A DNA stretch of 64,000 nt. It comes from an uncultured virus (IMG/VR IMGVR_UViG_3300021400_000004). Taxonomy: Duplodnaviria > Heunggongvirae > Uroviricota > Caudoviricetes. Positions 31,926 to 42,697 of this stretch are shown piece after piece; position 1 is the first letter of the stretch, and each line of letters opens with the position of its first letter. Under the pieces are notes generated by a model that was not told where the DNA came from, made no database searches, and saw nothing but the letters and a program-made list of their open reading frames with translations. The translations under genes were made by a program, and so were the position numbers. Where the stretch lies: IMG/VR virus record IMGVR_UViG_3300021400_000004; one strand, given 5' to 3'.

Positions 31926-33242
31926 TTATTTATATTTTTGAGCGGTTTTTCTACTTTCCGCACCGTATATACCATCTACTTCTATATTTTCTATCTTTTG
32001 AAAATTCTTTAAAGCATTTTCTGTTGCTACTCCAAAAATACCATCAACATCAAGTTTATAATTACTATACCAATTTAAAAATTGTTGTAAGTATTTTACT
32101 TGAGTTCCTGTATTTCCTCTTTTTAAAATTGAAGTAGGAATAGTTCCTGTGTATTTTTTAGTTGTAGACGAAGATTTCTTAGTAGCTTTCTTTGCGGCTG
32201 CGCGGCTTCCCGCCCCAAATATACCATCGACTTTAATTCCTTCATTCCGTTGAAAATCTCTTACAGCTTTATCTGTAGCTGGACCAAAACTTGAATCTAC
32301 ATCTAATCCATAATTACCATACCAATTGAGGAATTTTTGTAAATCTGCAACTTGAGAATTATAATCTCCTTGACTTAACTCAATAGTTGGAAGATTTCCG
32401 CTGTATGTATTTGAAGGGGCTGGAGTAACTGTACTCTTCTTTTTCGCGGTTTTTGCTTTTGCTAAAGATTCTGCTCCAAAGATACCGTCAACTTCAATCT
32501 TCATATTTGTTTGAAAATCTTTAACAGCCTTTTCTGTTGCTACCCCAAAGATACCATCAACATCTAATCCATAACTGCCATACCAATTTAAGAAATTTTG
32601 TAAATCTACTACTTGAGAACCATTACTTCCACTCTTTAAAACTGTGACTGGGAAAGGTCCTGGGTATAATCCTGGTACGTTAGGAGTTGGTTGTGAACCT
32701 CCGCTTAATAAAGTATTAACTTGTTTTGCTAAATCGCCCATTCTATTGTATAACCAATCTCCAGGGCAAGCCTTGTTTGCAAACCAACGATGAACAGTAA
32801 GCACCATTTCATTTGAAGCTGGTGCATAATTTAATGTTTTATCTTTATCTCCAAACCATAATATTTTGGTTTTACCATTTCTTTTACATATATCTGCACA
32901 AAGTTTAATAAGTGTTTGATAAACGCAATCTTTAAAAGCATATGGATGATAAGAGTCTGATGCACATTCTATTGTGACAGCTCTTTGATCATTAGCGTTT
33001 GAAGAAGAACACCATGAACGATTTTTTTCTTCTACGCATAATAAAACTCTACCATCAGATCCAATACCATAATTACAAGAAGCATCTTTGCTTGTTGGCA
33101 TAAAGATGTTTCCTAATGTTTCAACAGAACATTGTCCAACTACACAATGAGGAGTTATACGATCTATTGAATGTGTTCTTTGTCCAGAGTGATTTGGAGA
33201 TAATTTAGTATAACTAACTAAAGAACTATTTGTATAAGCCAT
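31926..33242 (-). CDS. Endolysin: N-acetylmuramoyl-L-alanine amidase with three peptidoglycan-binding repeats
   Basis: ITPHCVVG, TIECA, HRWFANKACPG; three copies of LQxFLNWY...LDVDGxFG. Confidence 0.92.
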   Translation of the reverse strand: MAYTNSSLVSYTKLSPNHSGQRTHSIDRITPHCVVGQCSVETLGNIFMPTSKDASCNYGIGSDGRVLLCVEEKNRSWCSSSNANDQRAVTIECASDSYHPYAFKDCVYQTLIKLCADICKRNGKTKILWFGDKDKTLNYAPASNEMVLTVHRWFANKACPGDWLYNRMGDLAKQVNTLLSGGSQPTPNVPGLYPGPFPVTVLKSGSNGSQVVDLQNFLNWYGSYGLDVDGIFGVATEKAVKDFQTNMKIEVDGIFGAESLAKAKTAKKKSTVTPAPSNTYSGNLPTIELSQGDYNSQVADLQKFLNWYGNYGLDVDSSFGPATDKAVRDFQRNEGIKVDGIFGAGSRAAAKKATKKSSSTTKKYTGTIPTSILKRGNTGTQVKYLQQFLNWYSNYKLDVDGIFGVATENALKNFQKIENIEVDGIYGAESRKTAQKYK

Positions 33243-33613
33243 TATTCTTCTTCCTCCTTTACTGGACCAAACAAGGTTTGAAGTCTTTCATTGTTTTTAA
33301 TCATTTCATTAAATTCATCAAGGGCTTTATCTACCATATTTTTAAAAGTATCAAAAGTAATAAATATTGAAACACCTGGAAATTTAGAAATGAACATATC
33401 ATATACATATCTTAATTTTAATTGACCTGTTTCAGAGCCAAGCTTTTCTTCTGCTTTCGCAACCGCCCATACAAGCCATTCTTGAACCTTTTTCATTTGT
33501 TCATTTGTAGGCTTTTTAAACCATACATAAAGTTTAATAGAAACTACTGATATAATTGCAATAGCAATTATAATTAAATACCAATAATTTCCAATAAATA
33601 ATAAAGCATCCAT
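33242..33613 (-). CDS. Holin (LL-H-like)
   Basis: N-terminal TM helix, WAVAKAE...TGQLKLRYVYD; coupled to the endolysin. Confidence 0.8.
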   Translation of the reverse strand: MDALLFIGNYWYLIIIAIAIISVVSIKLYVWFKKPTNEQMKKVQEWLVWAVAKAEEKLGSETGQLKLRYVYDMFISKFPGVSIFITFDTFKNMVDKALDEFNEMIKNNERLQTLFGPVKEEEE

Positions 33614-33625
33614 GTTTTATCCTCC

Positions 33626-34044
33626 TTACATTTTTTCTGCAAGAGAAGCTATCTTTGACCGATGACATATTGGTAAAGTTACTTCTCCATAAAAATCTTG
33701 ACCTTTAAATACTTCAGAGACTCTTCTCATACCATTATTTGCACCTGCATATATATTTAAATCTACCTGAGTTTCAGAGTCTCCGTCTAAAATACATATA
33801 GAATCATCTCCTATACGTTGCAAAGCAAGTTTCATTAATTCTACATTAAGATTCTGCGCTTCTGTAATGTATACTCCTGCGTTAAGTCCAGAAGTATCAA
33901 AACCTCTTATATCAGACATTGGTAATAATATTAAAGTACCTTCTGAAATCATTCTTTCTACTTGCGCGCGATCGCCAAGCTTTGACACAAGGAAGTTACC
34001 TATTTGGCTGTCTAATAATTTTTCTATGCGGGAACCTGGGTAAT
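33626..34044 (-). CDS. phoH: PIN-PhoH (PhoH2-like) protein, exon 2
   Basis: (T|AT) YYPGSRIEKL...IRGFD...ITEAQN...LQRIG...GDSETQVD...HRSKIA. Confidence 0.88.
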
Positions 34045-35353
34045 CGTTTATCCTTTATAATTTTCATTATAAAACTGACTATATCTTAATTTAAGCTATT
34101 TTTTAATGCAAGATATTTTTCATGTTTTCTTGCTAAAAATCTTGGACAATTTTCATACAATGTATCTAAAATTTTTAAAACTTGTGATCTTCCTCTCCAG
34201 TTAATATGCCATGCAGAAGTATAAAAAGGCTTATTATCGCTGTTAAGATCAACAATTTTATTAATTAAATCTCTAAAATCTTGCACTTCTGATTCATGGT
34301 ATGCTGTAAAACCAAAAGTTACATCAGTGCTATAATCATCACTACAATAAAAATTACCATCTCCATCAAATAAACCTAAAGCAAAGGCAGGTAAAAATTC
34401 TTGAGGAATTTTTTGATAAGGTATTCTATCTACTTTATAAGTTTTTTGTGGAATTATGCTATATTTTTCTAAATCATTAAAAATTTGTTCATCCACAAAT
34501 TCAACAGAACAGCATATGCTATTTGGTCTTATGTCGTAAATTATTTTACTATCAATTCCTAAATCCTCTTTAAATTTCTCTAAGATTTCTTTATCTCTTT
34601 GCTGTAATTGCAACCTTATTCTTCCGGTTGTCTTATAGTGATCTACTGAACCATCAGTAAATAAAAAACCTAGCCAATAAGCTTTAATAGGAGAATCAAT
34701 ATTTGAGAAATAATCACTCTTTATTCTTCTATTAATTCTATTAGTGTTTTTTACTTCAAGTCCAAGTTCTGTTAATCTTAATTTCATTGTTCCTGTATCA
34801 AGATTAAAATGTTCAGCAAGTTCTTTTAAGAACGCCCCCTCTTCAATCATTCGTTTTGCTTCTTCTATTTGATCTTGAGATAAAGTTTTCTTTTTTCTAC
34901 CACCTCTAATGGTGATGTTATTATCTGTTAATAATTTGGTAATTTTTCTTCGGTTCATAAAAGGATATTCTTCCAACAATTTACTAATGGAAGTTCCATT
35001 TATATATTTTTGTATGATTTCTTGTTCCATAATAAAAATTTCCTTTCTTTTTTGATAATATATTTGAAAAATATAAAAGGAAACTTTTCTTATTTTGTCC
35101 AAAATTTTTCAGCTTAAATCCCATGCGCTTCGGATTTTATAAATCCTACTCTACTAACTTCCATAATTTTATTATGTGCTTTCGATAGTCGATGAACCTT
35201 CCTCTATTCGAGGCTTGGCTGCTGATTGTCCAATCTTTTTAATTTTCAAACATTCACACTTGGTTTTATTTCATACCTATGTTGTAGTCTAAAAAGCTCT
35301 AAGGATGTTCCAGCAGTTCACATGGTTTTACTTGAGCCTTACCCTTTATTTTA
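34045..35353 (-). mobile_element. Group I intron in phoH (1309 nt)
   Basis: P1 pairs CUUGGGU with GCUCAAG, with a U-G pair at the splice site. Terminal G at 34045. P7 strands are ATCGACTAT (~35185-35193) and AAGATATAGTCAG (~34075-34087). Splicing restores KLGYYPG. Confidence 0.92.
34086..35030 (-). CDS. Intron-encoded LAGLIDADG homing endonuclease
   Basis: YWLGFLFTDG and FALGLFDGDG motifs; probable start is the ATG at 35030. Confidence 0.88.
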   Translation of the reverse strand: MEQEIIQKYINGTSISKLLEEYPFMNRRKITKLLTDNNITIRGGRKKKTLSQDQIEEAKRMIEEGAFLKELAEHFNLDTGTMKLRLTELGLEVKNTNRINRRIKSDYFSNIDSPIKAYWLGFLFTDGSVDHYKTTGRIRLQLQQRDKEILEKFKEDLGIDSKIIYDIRPNSICCSVEFVDEQIFNDLEKYSIIPQKTYKVDRIPYQKIPQEFLPAFALGLFDGDGNFYCSDDYSTDVTFGFTAYHESEVQDFRDLINKIVDLNSDNKPFYTSAWHINWRGRSQVLKILDTLYENCPRFLARKHEKYLALKNSLN

Positions 35354-36179
35354 ACCCAAGCTTAGCTGACCCTGCAGTAGCCACAGTATTACAAAAAATT
35401 ACTATTTTATCAATCTTCCCCTCGTCAAGACACTCAAATAAATATCCTAAACCAAGATATGACTTACCTGTACCTGCAGCTCCGCGCAACATAGTCATTT
35501 TATTATTTCTTAAGCTATCTATTGCTATCTTTTGGAATGCATCAAGAGGTTTTACCTCTCCAAACATTTTTGATTTCATTGTACAAAAATGTATTTGTTG
35601 AAATTTATTATTTCTAAATACATAGCTATCTATAATTTTGTCATTTTGTTTAATTATTAAATATTGATTATTTAATAATCCAAAATCATCATTAGAATAA
35701 ATTCTATCATAAACTTGAGCTAATTCATTATCAGTTGTACAATATTTAACTTCATAACCAGTATAATTATAGTCATCTTTTGTTATTAAATTTTTTGTAG
35801 TTAAACCTAAGCTTTTTGCAATATTATTACAATTAATATCATCTGTTGCAAAAATTGTATCTGGATGCTTAATACTATAAACAAAAGCACTAATAATGAT
35901 ACGCGTATCATTATTATCTAATAAAATAGGATTGGGTTTTAGATAACTCTCATCCCAATCCTTTTCATAGTTTATTATCGTATAAGCACCAAAATAGAAA
36001 CTTAGTAACTGGCTAAGCTTTTTAGCTTTAAATTTAATTTCATCATCTTTATACTTAGATGTTTTAATATTTTCAATCTCTCCTAATGTAATATTACTAA
36101 TTATAAAAGGATCTGAATGAATATTTTTAAAGATTTCTTTATATCCATTCAATAGACTGCAAGTATCATAAAAAATCAT
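35354..36179 (-). CDS. phoH: PIN-PhoH (PhoH2-like) protein, exon 1
   Basis: PIN domain (FYDTCSLL...NNDTRII...ATDD) and Walker A GAAGTGKS; spliced product is about 414 aa. Confidence 0.88.
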
Positions 36180-36234
36180 TAAATTCGCTCCCATCTATTT
36201 TGATATATTATATATGAAATTTTTATTTAAAAAA

Positions 36235-36714
36235 TTAATTATTTTTGTCCTGCGTAACAGTTTTTAAAGCTGCGATTGCATCTCCAAGCTCTTTTAACTT
36301 TTTATTTCTTTCTGCTTTATTTGTTGTTCTTGATTTAATATAAATATTTCTTGATTCAATGCAGTTTCTTATTAACTTATCGCATTCAAGAATATTATCT
36401 TCGTATTCTCTAAGTTCCTTTTCTATTGCATTAATTAATCTTTCAGCATATTTAAAGCCATCTTTATTAGAAGGTAATGCAGAAATAAGTCTTTTTAAAC
36501 CTTTTATTTCTGCTTTTTTTAACTTCGCCTCTTCTTTAAAATATGCTTTGTATGCACGAAGCTCTGCTATTCTATGACCAGTTACTTTAGATGGCGGGAG
36601 GGGGTCTAATGTTGCATTAAACTTAGCTACTCCTTTAAAAATACCAAGTCTAGTCTGTAAGAATACACAAGTTGTATTACCTTCTTCATACTCTTTAATA
36701 ACTTTCATTTTCAT
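36235..36714 (-). CDS. Hypothetical coiled-coil protein
   Basis: 159-aa ORF coupled to the upstream gene. Confidence 0.6.
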   Translation of the reverse strand: MKMKVIKEYEEGNTTCVFLQTRLGIFKGVAKFNATLDPLPPSKVTGHRIAELRAYKAYFKEEAKLKKAEIKGLKRLISALPSNKDGFKYAERLINAIEKELREYEDNILECDKLIRNCIESRNIYIKSRTTNKAERNKKLKELGDAIAALKTVTQDKNN

Positions 36715-37268
36715 TAGCGTGAAACCCTTTCATAAGCTTTTATATCTTTTATAATAGTTTCTACATCAACAGGGTAATTATTGTGGGCGTCAAGTTCTAC
36801 ATGGTAGATCAATCCTTTATCCATGTCTTGAAACCTATTATTAGTGTGAGAATGACCGCACAAACTTATCACCCTCCTATTTAACGGTTTGTCATCATCA
36901 TAATTTGAAGTAATAGTTGGATAATGACTTAAATAAAAGTGATACCCATTAATTTTTATCATATCTGCGTGTCCATGACATATAAAACCTTCATTTATCA
37001 TTAACTCTTTGCGGGTGTCTGTGTCGTGATTACCCCAGATAATATGTTTTTCACCTGGCAACCGCTTCATATAAGACATTCCTTCTTCATTATTATTAAG
37101 AAAACAATCTCCAAGAATATAAAGAGTATCTGTCCAATCTACTACTTCATTGATATTTTTAATTATTTGTTCATTCATTTCATATATTGAATCAAATCCT
37201 CGTGGTTCATAAAGGAAAGGTTTATTATGGCACCAATGGAGATCTGATGTAAACCATATTTTATTCAT
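36714..37268 (-). CDS. Calcineurin-like metallophosphoesterase
   Basis: SDLH, LGD, GNHD, SHYP and GHSH motifs. Confidence 0.9.
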   Translation of the reverse strand: MNKIWFTSDLHWCHNKPFLYEPRGFDSIYEMNEQIIKNINEVVDWTDTLYILGDCFLNNNEEGMSYMKRLPGEKHIIWGNHDTDTRKELMINEGFICHGHADMIKINGYHFYLSHYPTITSNYDDDKPLNRRVISLCGHSHTNNRFQDMDKGLIYHVELDAHNNYPVDVETIIKDIKAYERVSR

Positions 37269-37433
37269 ATTATCACCGCCTATTTTTTATTGTAAAAGTT
37301 TTCCCACAATTATTACATATTATATCACAATTAGTATTATCAGCTGAAAATACAATTCTTGTATTGTGAGAACCACATTTTGGACAACGAGCTATATTGT
37401 TTTTATGAAAAATACTATTTATAAAATCTTTTA

Positions 37434-37772
37434 TCATATATTTATTACACTCCCATGTTTTCCACTCATTTTAAATTTCATTATAAATCTTTTAATTATT
37501 TGACTCCCATCATTTATAAAAACAATATAATCTGCTTTTTGAGTCATTTTATCCATTAGTTCATCTATATCTTTATATTTACAAGGATAATATGGTAAAC
37601 CTCTATATTCAGCCCATAGATGACTTAGAGGTTTATCATTATTATCATAATCATAAATAAATCCACCTATTACATTAAATAAGTAAATTCCACTTTCTTC
37701 TATTAAATTCATTAATTCATTATCAACAAGCGCTAAATGTTGCGCGCTCCCGCCAATTATAGCTACATTCAT
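37434..37772 (-). CDS. Hypothetical protein (possible SLOG/YspA-like fold)
   Basis: MNVAIIGGS start and WAEYRGLPY; the similarity is recalled, not verified. Confidence 0.4.
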   Translation of the reverse strand: MNVAIIGGSAQHLALVDNELMNLIEESGIYLFNVIGGFIYDYDNNDKPLSHLWAEYRGLPYYPCKYKDIDELMDKMTQKADYIVFINDGSQIIKRFIMKFKMSGKHGSVINI

Positions 37773-38224
37773 CTTACTCTAATCACTTTATTAAATCCTT
37801 CAAAAGTTGCAGGAGGTCTGAAGTTACTTTTCATTTGATACATTGTTTTATCTGGAACTCTTGTTATACCTTCGCGCTCACTATTTCTTTTCATACATAC
37901 CTCAAATGGTGTATCCATCCATATAACCCATACTTCATCAGGTATAACCTGTAAATTTTTTAATAGCTTTTTCCTTGATGCAGCGGATATATGAGTAGCA
38001 TCCGCAATAACGGTTTTTTCTGCAAGAAGATATTTATCTATTCTATTGCAAAATTCTTTATACACATTTGATTCATGGTCAAAATAATGTGCTTGGTCAG
38101 TAACAGTTTCATATCTTATTTCATCTCTTGAAACATATTCACAATCATTTTCTTCCATTAATTTTTTTGCATATGTACTTTTACCGCAGCCAGGTAATCC
38201 ACACATAATAATTAATCTATTCAT
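37769..38224 (-). CDS. Polynucleotide kinase-like P-loop protein (AAA_33)
   Basis: CGLPGCGKST, SRDEIR, IADAT, RNSER...VP. Confidence 0.85.
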   Translation of the reverse strand: MNRLIIMCGLPGCGKSTYAKKLMEENDCEYVSRDEIRYETVTDQAHYFDHESNVYKEFCNRIDKYLLAEKTVIADATHISAASRKKLLKNLQVIPDEVWVIWMDTPFEVCMKRNSEREGITRVPDKTMYQMKSNFRPPATFEGFNKVIRVR

Positions 38225-38314
38225 AATTAATCCTCTTTTGTAAAATCAATAAAATCTATTATAGTATCAATTAAACTACATACTCCTGATCCAATAGCTA
38301 TGATAAATAAAATT

Positions 38315-38629
38315 TCAGTCAATAGCTTTTTCATAATGATATTCTCCTTTCTGAATCAATTCATTTCTAAATTTCTTGAAATCACCGAGTGGGAGTTTGC
38401 GGTTGCCGCCCTCATCAAAATTACCAAGCTCAAATTCATCTCTAAAATCTCTTAATGTATATTTTCCACCAAATGATCTAACTTCAACCATATTAATGGC
38501 TTCACCACAATAGATACAATAAAGTTTCTTTAGATGACCTGGCTCCCGCTCCTGTCCAGCATTTCTTTGGATTGGAATACCTTTTTTACCACACTTCGTA
38601 CAATAAAATTCACTTGTTGTCATTTTCAT
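38315..38629 (-). CDS. Zinc-ribbon hypothetical protein
   Basis: CTKC...HLKKLYCIYC. Confidence 0.6.
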   Translation of the reverse strand: MKMTTSEFYCTKCGKKGIPIQRNAGQEREPGHLKKLYCIYCGEAINMVEVRSFGGKYTLRDFRDEFELGNFDEGGNRKLPLGDFKKFRNELIQKGEYHYEKAID

Positions 38630-38743
38630 TAGACTACCACATCCTTTTTACATTTTTATTTCTATATATATTATATAATAATTTTTTAAAAAAATAAAGT
38701 TAAAAAATTGTCACGATTATTGTATAATAATCGTGACAAAATA

Positions 38744-39985
38744 TTATTGATGATATTTTATTAAAAAGCTATTTGACACTGCTTTGAATGATCTCTCACC
38801 ATCCCAGTCTCTAAATACAAGTCCTTCTCTTGGATTGTCATCAAGAAAAGAAGATCCATCAGCTTCTTTTATAAGTTCATCACAATTTTCTGGCAGTTTA
38901 AAATTAATATATACAATAGGAACACATGGTAATTTGTATATGTTGAACAATATTTCTGTCATTTCTATTGGATTGAATCTATGTCTTGTACCATCTTTAT
39001 ATCCATATATAAGATTAAAAGCCATAAAATTATGTTCACCTTGAGGTACTGAGTAAGTACGTTTCTGTATTCCATCACCATAAGTCTCGCCTTGGATAGT
39101 TACAAAATCAAGTTTTTCATTATTATAAAGTATTGATTCAAGAATATTTTTAATCTTATATTTTTCATTCATTTCAATATATACATTAGTTTCATAGTAG
39201 CATCTATCTATTTTTTCAGGAGTATCAAAACATACATTTCTTGAACATATATAAAATTCATCCTTATGGAACATCTTACCTCTCTTTAAGGTATAAGTAG
39301 AGCTTGTCCCATCAATCTTCTCAGTTGCTATCCAGTTTTCATTATGCCAGTCTGGGTCGGTAAATAACCAAGGCATATTCTGCGCACGTTCCTCGTCTGT
39401 TTTTACTACCCACTGAGGCCAACTCTTCTTATCTTTAGCCTTGCCAAAGAAAAGGAAAAGAAGCTTTTTACCCCAATTACGTTTCATAAGCCATCTAATT
39501 GGTTTCTTCTTAAATAAGTCAGGATGGCGCTGAGCCATTTTCTTATATTTATCTGCGGAAGGCGCCTTGCGCTTATTATCCTCCTCTGTTGCGTAAGTAA
39601 TACCAAGCTGTTTTGTAAGAAAACGAGACTCGTCATCTACCGCACAGAACTTACCATTTACATATACACCGCTATTATCCGCAGCATAAGGCCACCCGAA
39701 GTCGTCAGGATGCATAAGTAATCCCTGAGAGTAGAATGTCTTAAACTTCTGTGTTTTAATCTTATAATGATACTTCTCAAGAAACTCAAATGGCGTGGTC
39801 TCGGGTGTTTTTGCGTCAACCTCGATATATATTCCTATATCGCCAGGTTTAAACTGACCTTTCTTTACCATCGTGCGCCATCCGTTCACCACTGCCGCTT
39901 CTACTCTATCTTTACCTTCTATTGGCTCTATTGCATCTACATAAATTAAATATGCTAATTCTCTTATATTATTTTTGTTAAGCAT
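38744..39985 (-). CDS. ATP-dependent RNA ligase (Rnl2/DRB0094-like with N-terminal OB domain)
   Basis: TEKIDGTS motif I, SRN, QGETYG, REGLVFR, SFKAVS. Confidence 0.88.
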   Translation of the reverse strand: MLNKNNIRELAYLIYVDAIEPIEGKDRVEAAVVNGWRTMVKKGQFKPGDIGIYIEVDAKTPETTPFEFLEKYHYKIKTQKFKTFYSQGLLMHPDDFGWPYAADNSGVYVNGKFCAVDDESRFLTKQLGITYATEEDNKRKAPSADKYKKMAQRHPDLFKKKPIRWLMKRNWGKKLLFLFFGKAKDKKSWPQWVVKTDEERAQNMPWLFTDPDWHNENWIATEKIDGTSSTYTLKRGKMFHKDEFYICSRNVCFDTPEKIDRCYYETNVYIEMNEKYKIKNILESILYNNEKLDFVTIQGETYGDGIQKRTYSVPQGEHNFMAFNLIYGYKDGTRHRFNPIEMTEILFNIYKLPCVPIVYINFKLPENCDELIKEADGSSFLDDNPREGLVFRDWDGERSFKAVSNSFLIKYHQ

Positions 39986-39999
39986 TTATAATTACCTCT

Positions 40000-40530
40000 C
40001 TATAATCTTCTAAATATACTATCTGTTGCAGGGATAAAATTTTTCTGCCATACTCTTGACTTTTTAACAAAGCTACTTGGTGCTTTTGTATCTTCAAAAC
40101 CTTTAAATACATAAAGCCAGTTACTTTCAAGATTTAACACTTCTTTATTCTTAGCTATAATATTTTCAAAAGCTTGCTTATCTCGTCTATTTTTAATAGA
40201 AATAGTTATTCCATCTATGCTATTAATATGATGAACCATAAGATAATCTGCTAATTCAATAGCATTACTATAAACAAAAACTTTTTTAATGTTTGGGTAA
40301 TTTTCTTTAATCTGTTTTGCAAGCCCGCAAGGGTCTGCATAAGCAAAAGGTTCTCCACCTGTTAAAAAGATCATTTCTGCTTCCCGCAATTCTTGGTCAG
40401 TAATTCTGTGTATTGCGTTTATATCATACTGATTATTACAACAATCAGGACATTTTCTATTACACACATTTGTAATCATAAGATGAATTATTTTTTTAGT
40501 ATTTTCAGTCTTTTCGTTTAATTTTGCCAT
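40000..40530 (-). CDS. Small radical SAM protein
   Basis: CNRKCPDC and LTGGEP motifs. Confidence 0.85.
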   Translation of the reverse strand: MAKLNEKTENTKKIIHLMITNVCNRKCPDCCNNQYDINAIHRITDQELREAEMIFLTGGEPFAYADPCGLAKQIKENYPNIKKVFVYSNAIELADYLMVHHINSIDGITISIKNRRDKQAFENIIAKNKEVLNLESNWLYVFKGFEDTKAPSSFVKKSRVWQKNFIPATDSIFRRL

Positions 40531-40607
40531 AATTTATCACCTTCTTTTTATTTTCTATATATATTATAATAAAAATTTTTAAAAAAATAAAGTAAGTAAA
40601 ACTTACT

Positions 40608-42649
40608 TTATATAATAATTTTTATAATTAAAAATAAATTCATTAAAAATAAGCATAAAAATGCTAACATTTGATTTTTAAAACTTTTATTATCTTCTTT
40701 CTCAGAGGTATCTATTTTACTTATATACCGTAAAACCTTGCCTTCAAAAAAACACCAGCCTATAAAAGATATTCCCCATAATACTGTTAATATTATATTC
40801 ATTTTACTTCTCCTTTTGAAAAATATTGTTCTACTTTATCACTGACTTTTTGCGGCAGCTCGATAGGTACAGTGACATAATCTTTATAAAAATTTGCTAA
40901 TCTTTCATTATATTCTATCAAATCTTCTTTATACATAACAGAAGTATTTGTTAATCCCATATCAAATTTAATAACTTTTTCAACGAGTTCATTAAACTTT
41001 TCAGTTTCAATTAAAGTAAAATCATTCATCTTTTTCTCCTTTCAAATCATACTTTTATTTAGGATGGTCGTATGTAGTCACTCTCCCATGTAGCAACTGG
41101 TGTTGTAGTTGGCGTTATGAAATAATTATGCTTTGAAATATCCAAACTACAATCTCCATCTGCGCACAACGTCAATGAAAAATCACTCCCAGCTTTTATA
41201 GCTATCTCTGCAAGTTCCTTAATTTGTTCCCATGATAAATTATTTACATTCATATTTATTCTCCTATCAAACTACATTTTCGTTTACTTTTTTATTCTTC
41301 CTTATCCGCTTTTATAATAATTGGCGCATTTTTTATATCATCCCAATCTACAATATCATAGTCAAAATCTCTTTTCAAATAATATCTTGCATACTCAATA
41401 TCATTAACATCAATCAAATCTCCATGCCCTTTTGGTAATGGCATTCCATTTTTAACTGCTAACTGTATCTCAGTAGCATCTGTTTGAGTTTTACAATATT
41501 CATAAAAATATTCCGGTATCTTGATTACTAACTCTATATCTGCCATATCTTATTCCTCCCTTTCTATTTTATAGGATGCGTTACATAAATATTTCGCTTT
41601 CTTCTTTCATATATTGAATAACCTTTTCAAAATACCATTGTCTATCAATATACATATCATCAGCTCCTTTGATAATTTGATAATACAAATCTTCTGCTAA
41701 GTTTCTTGCACTTTGCTCACTTTCTAATATCCATTGTTCTTTCATTCCTTATCCTCACTTTCTGCACCACATTCTTTGCATCTTGTATAATCGGGATTGA
41801 TGTAATATTCACATTTACTGCACTTATCGCTCCTTTCCTGTGGCTCAACCATCTTTGCTCCACATTTCGGACAATACCTATATTTACGACTAACCATTGC
41901 AGTACATTCTGAACAATCATAAGCAATTGGTTCCTCATTATCTACTTTTATCCAATGTCCTATTTTTGGATATAATGCGGCGGGTGGCAGCTGCTTAATT
42001 GCATCTCTTATCTCATAATAACATTCTTTACTATCTTCTTGTGCTTCATAGAAAGATATAGCATTTAATTCAGATATAGTATCAAGCACTGCTGTCTGCA
42101 TTTCTGCTTTTCCTAACTCATATGCCTTGTCTAATTGTGCCTGTTCCATTTCTTGCATCTTCTGTATCTCAGCATCCGTAAATTTAGGTGTGACTGATGA
42201 TAATGCTTCAATTGCCATTTTAAGAGCTTCACCTATTTGTTCTTGTGTTAATGTTTGTTCACCTAGCTCCCAATAAAAAGTAACTTTTCTTATAATTTCT
42301 ATTGCTTCTTCTCTTGTCATTTTATCACCTTCTCTTTTTGTTCTACAATTAATTTCTTCTTTATATTTAAGTTCTATATTATTTATCTACATTTTGTATC
42401 AGGAGTAAAATTTAAACCATCCTGTACTGCGTAACCATCTTTAAGAGTAAAACTTAAACTATCATTTTTAGCAAAATTAAATATACAAGGATGTCCCCAT
42501 AAAGTTAAATAAAAAACATTAAAATTTTTATAAAACTCTTCTTTAGTATCAAAAATTACTGTTCTATCATCATTTATAAGTTTCATAATCTTTATTCCTT
42601 TCATTTTTATTTCTAAATAAATTATAACAAAAAATTTTAAAAAATACAA
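40608..42649 (-). CDS. Cluster of small phage hypothetical proteins (40608-40802, 40799-41029, 41059-41253, 41292-41546, 41742-42320, 42383-42649)
   Basis: Packed ORFs with RBSs after a sigma-A promoter; 41742-42320 has CSEC/CPKC zinc motifs. Confidence 0.55.
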
Positions 42650-42697
42650 ACAAAAAAATGCGGAAGCTGCTTAAAATTTTGCAACTTCCGCATATTA

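Noticed and set aside
1426..36194. nrdD, AAA ATPase, gyrB and phoH fragments as pseudogenes or separate genes
   Set aside because: Each pair rejoins in frame at U|...G| junctions with group I core motifs in between.
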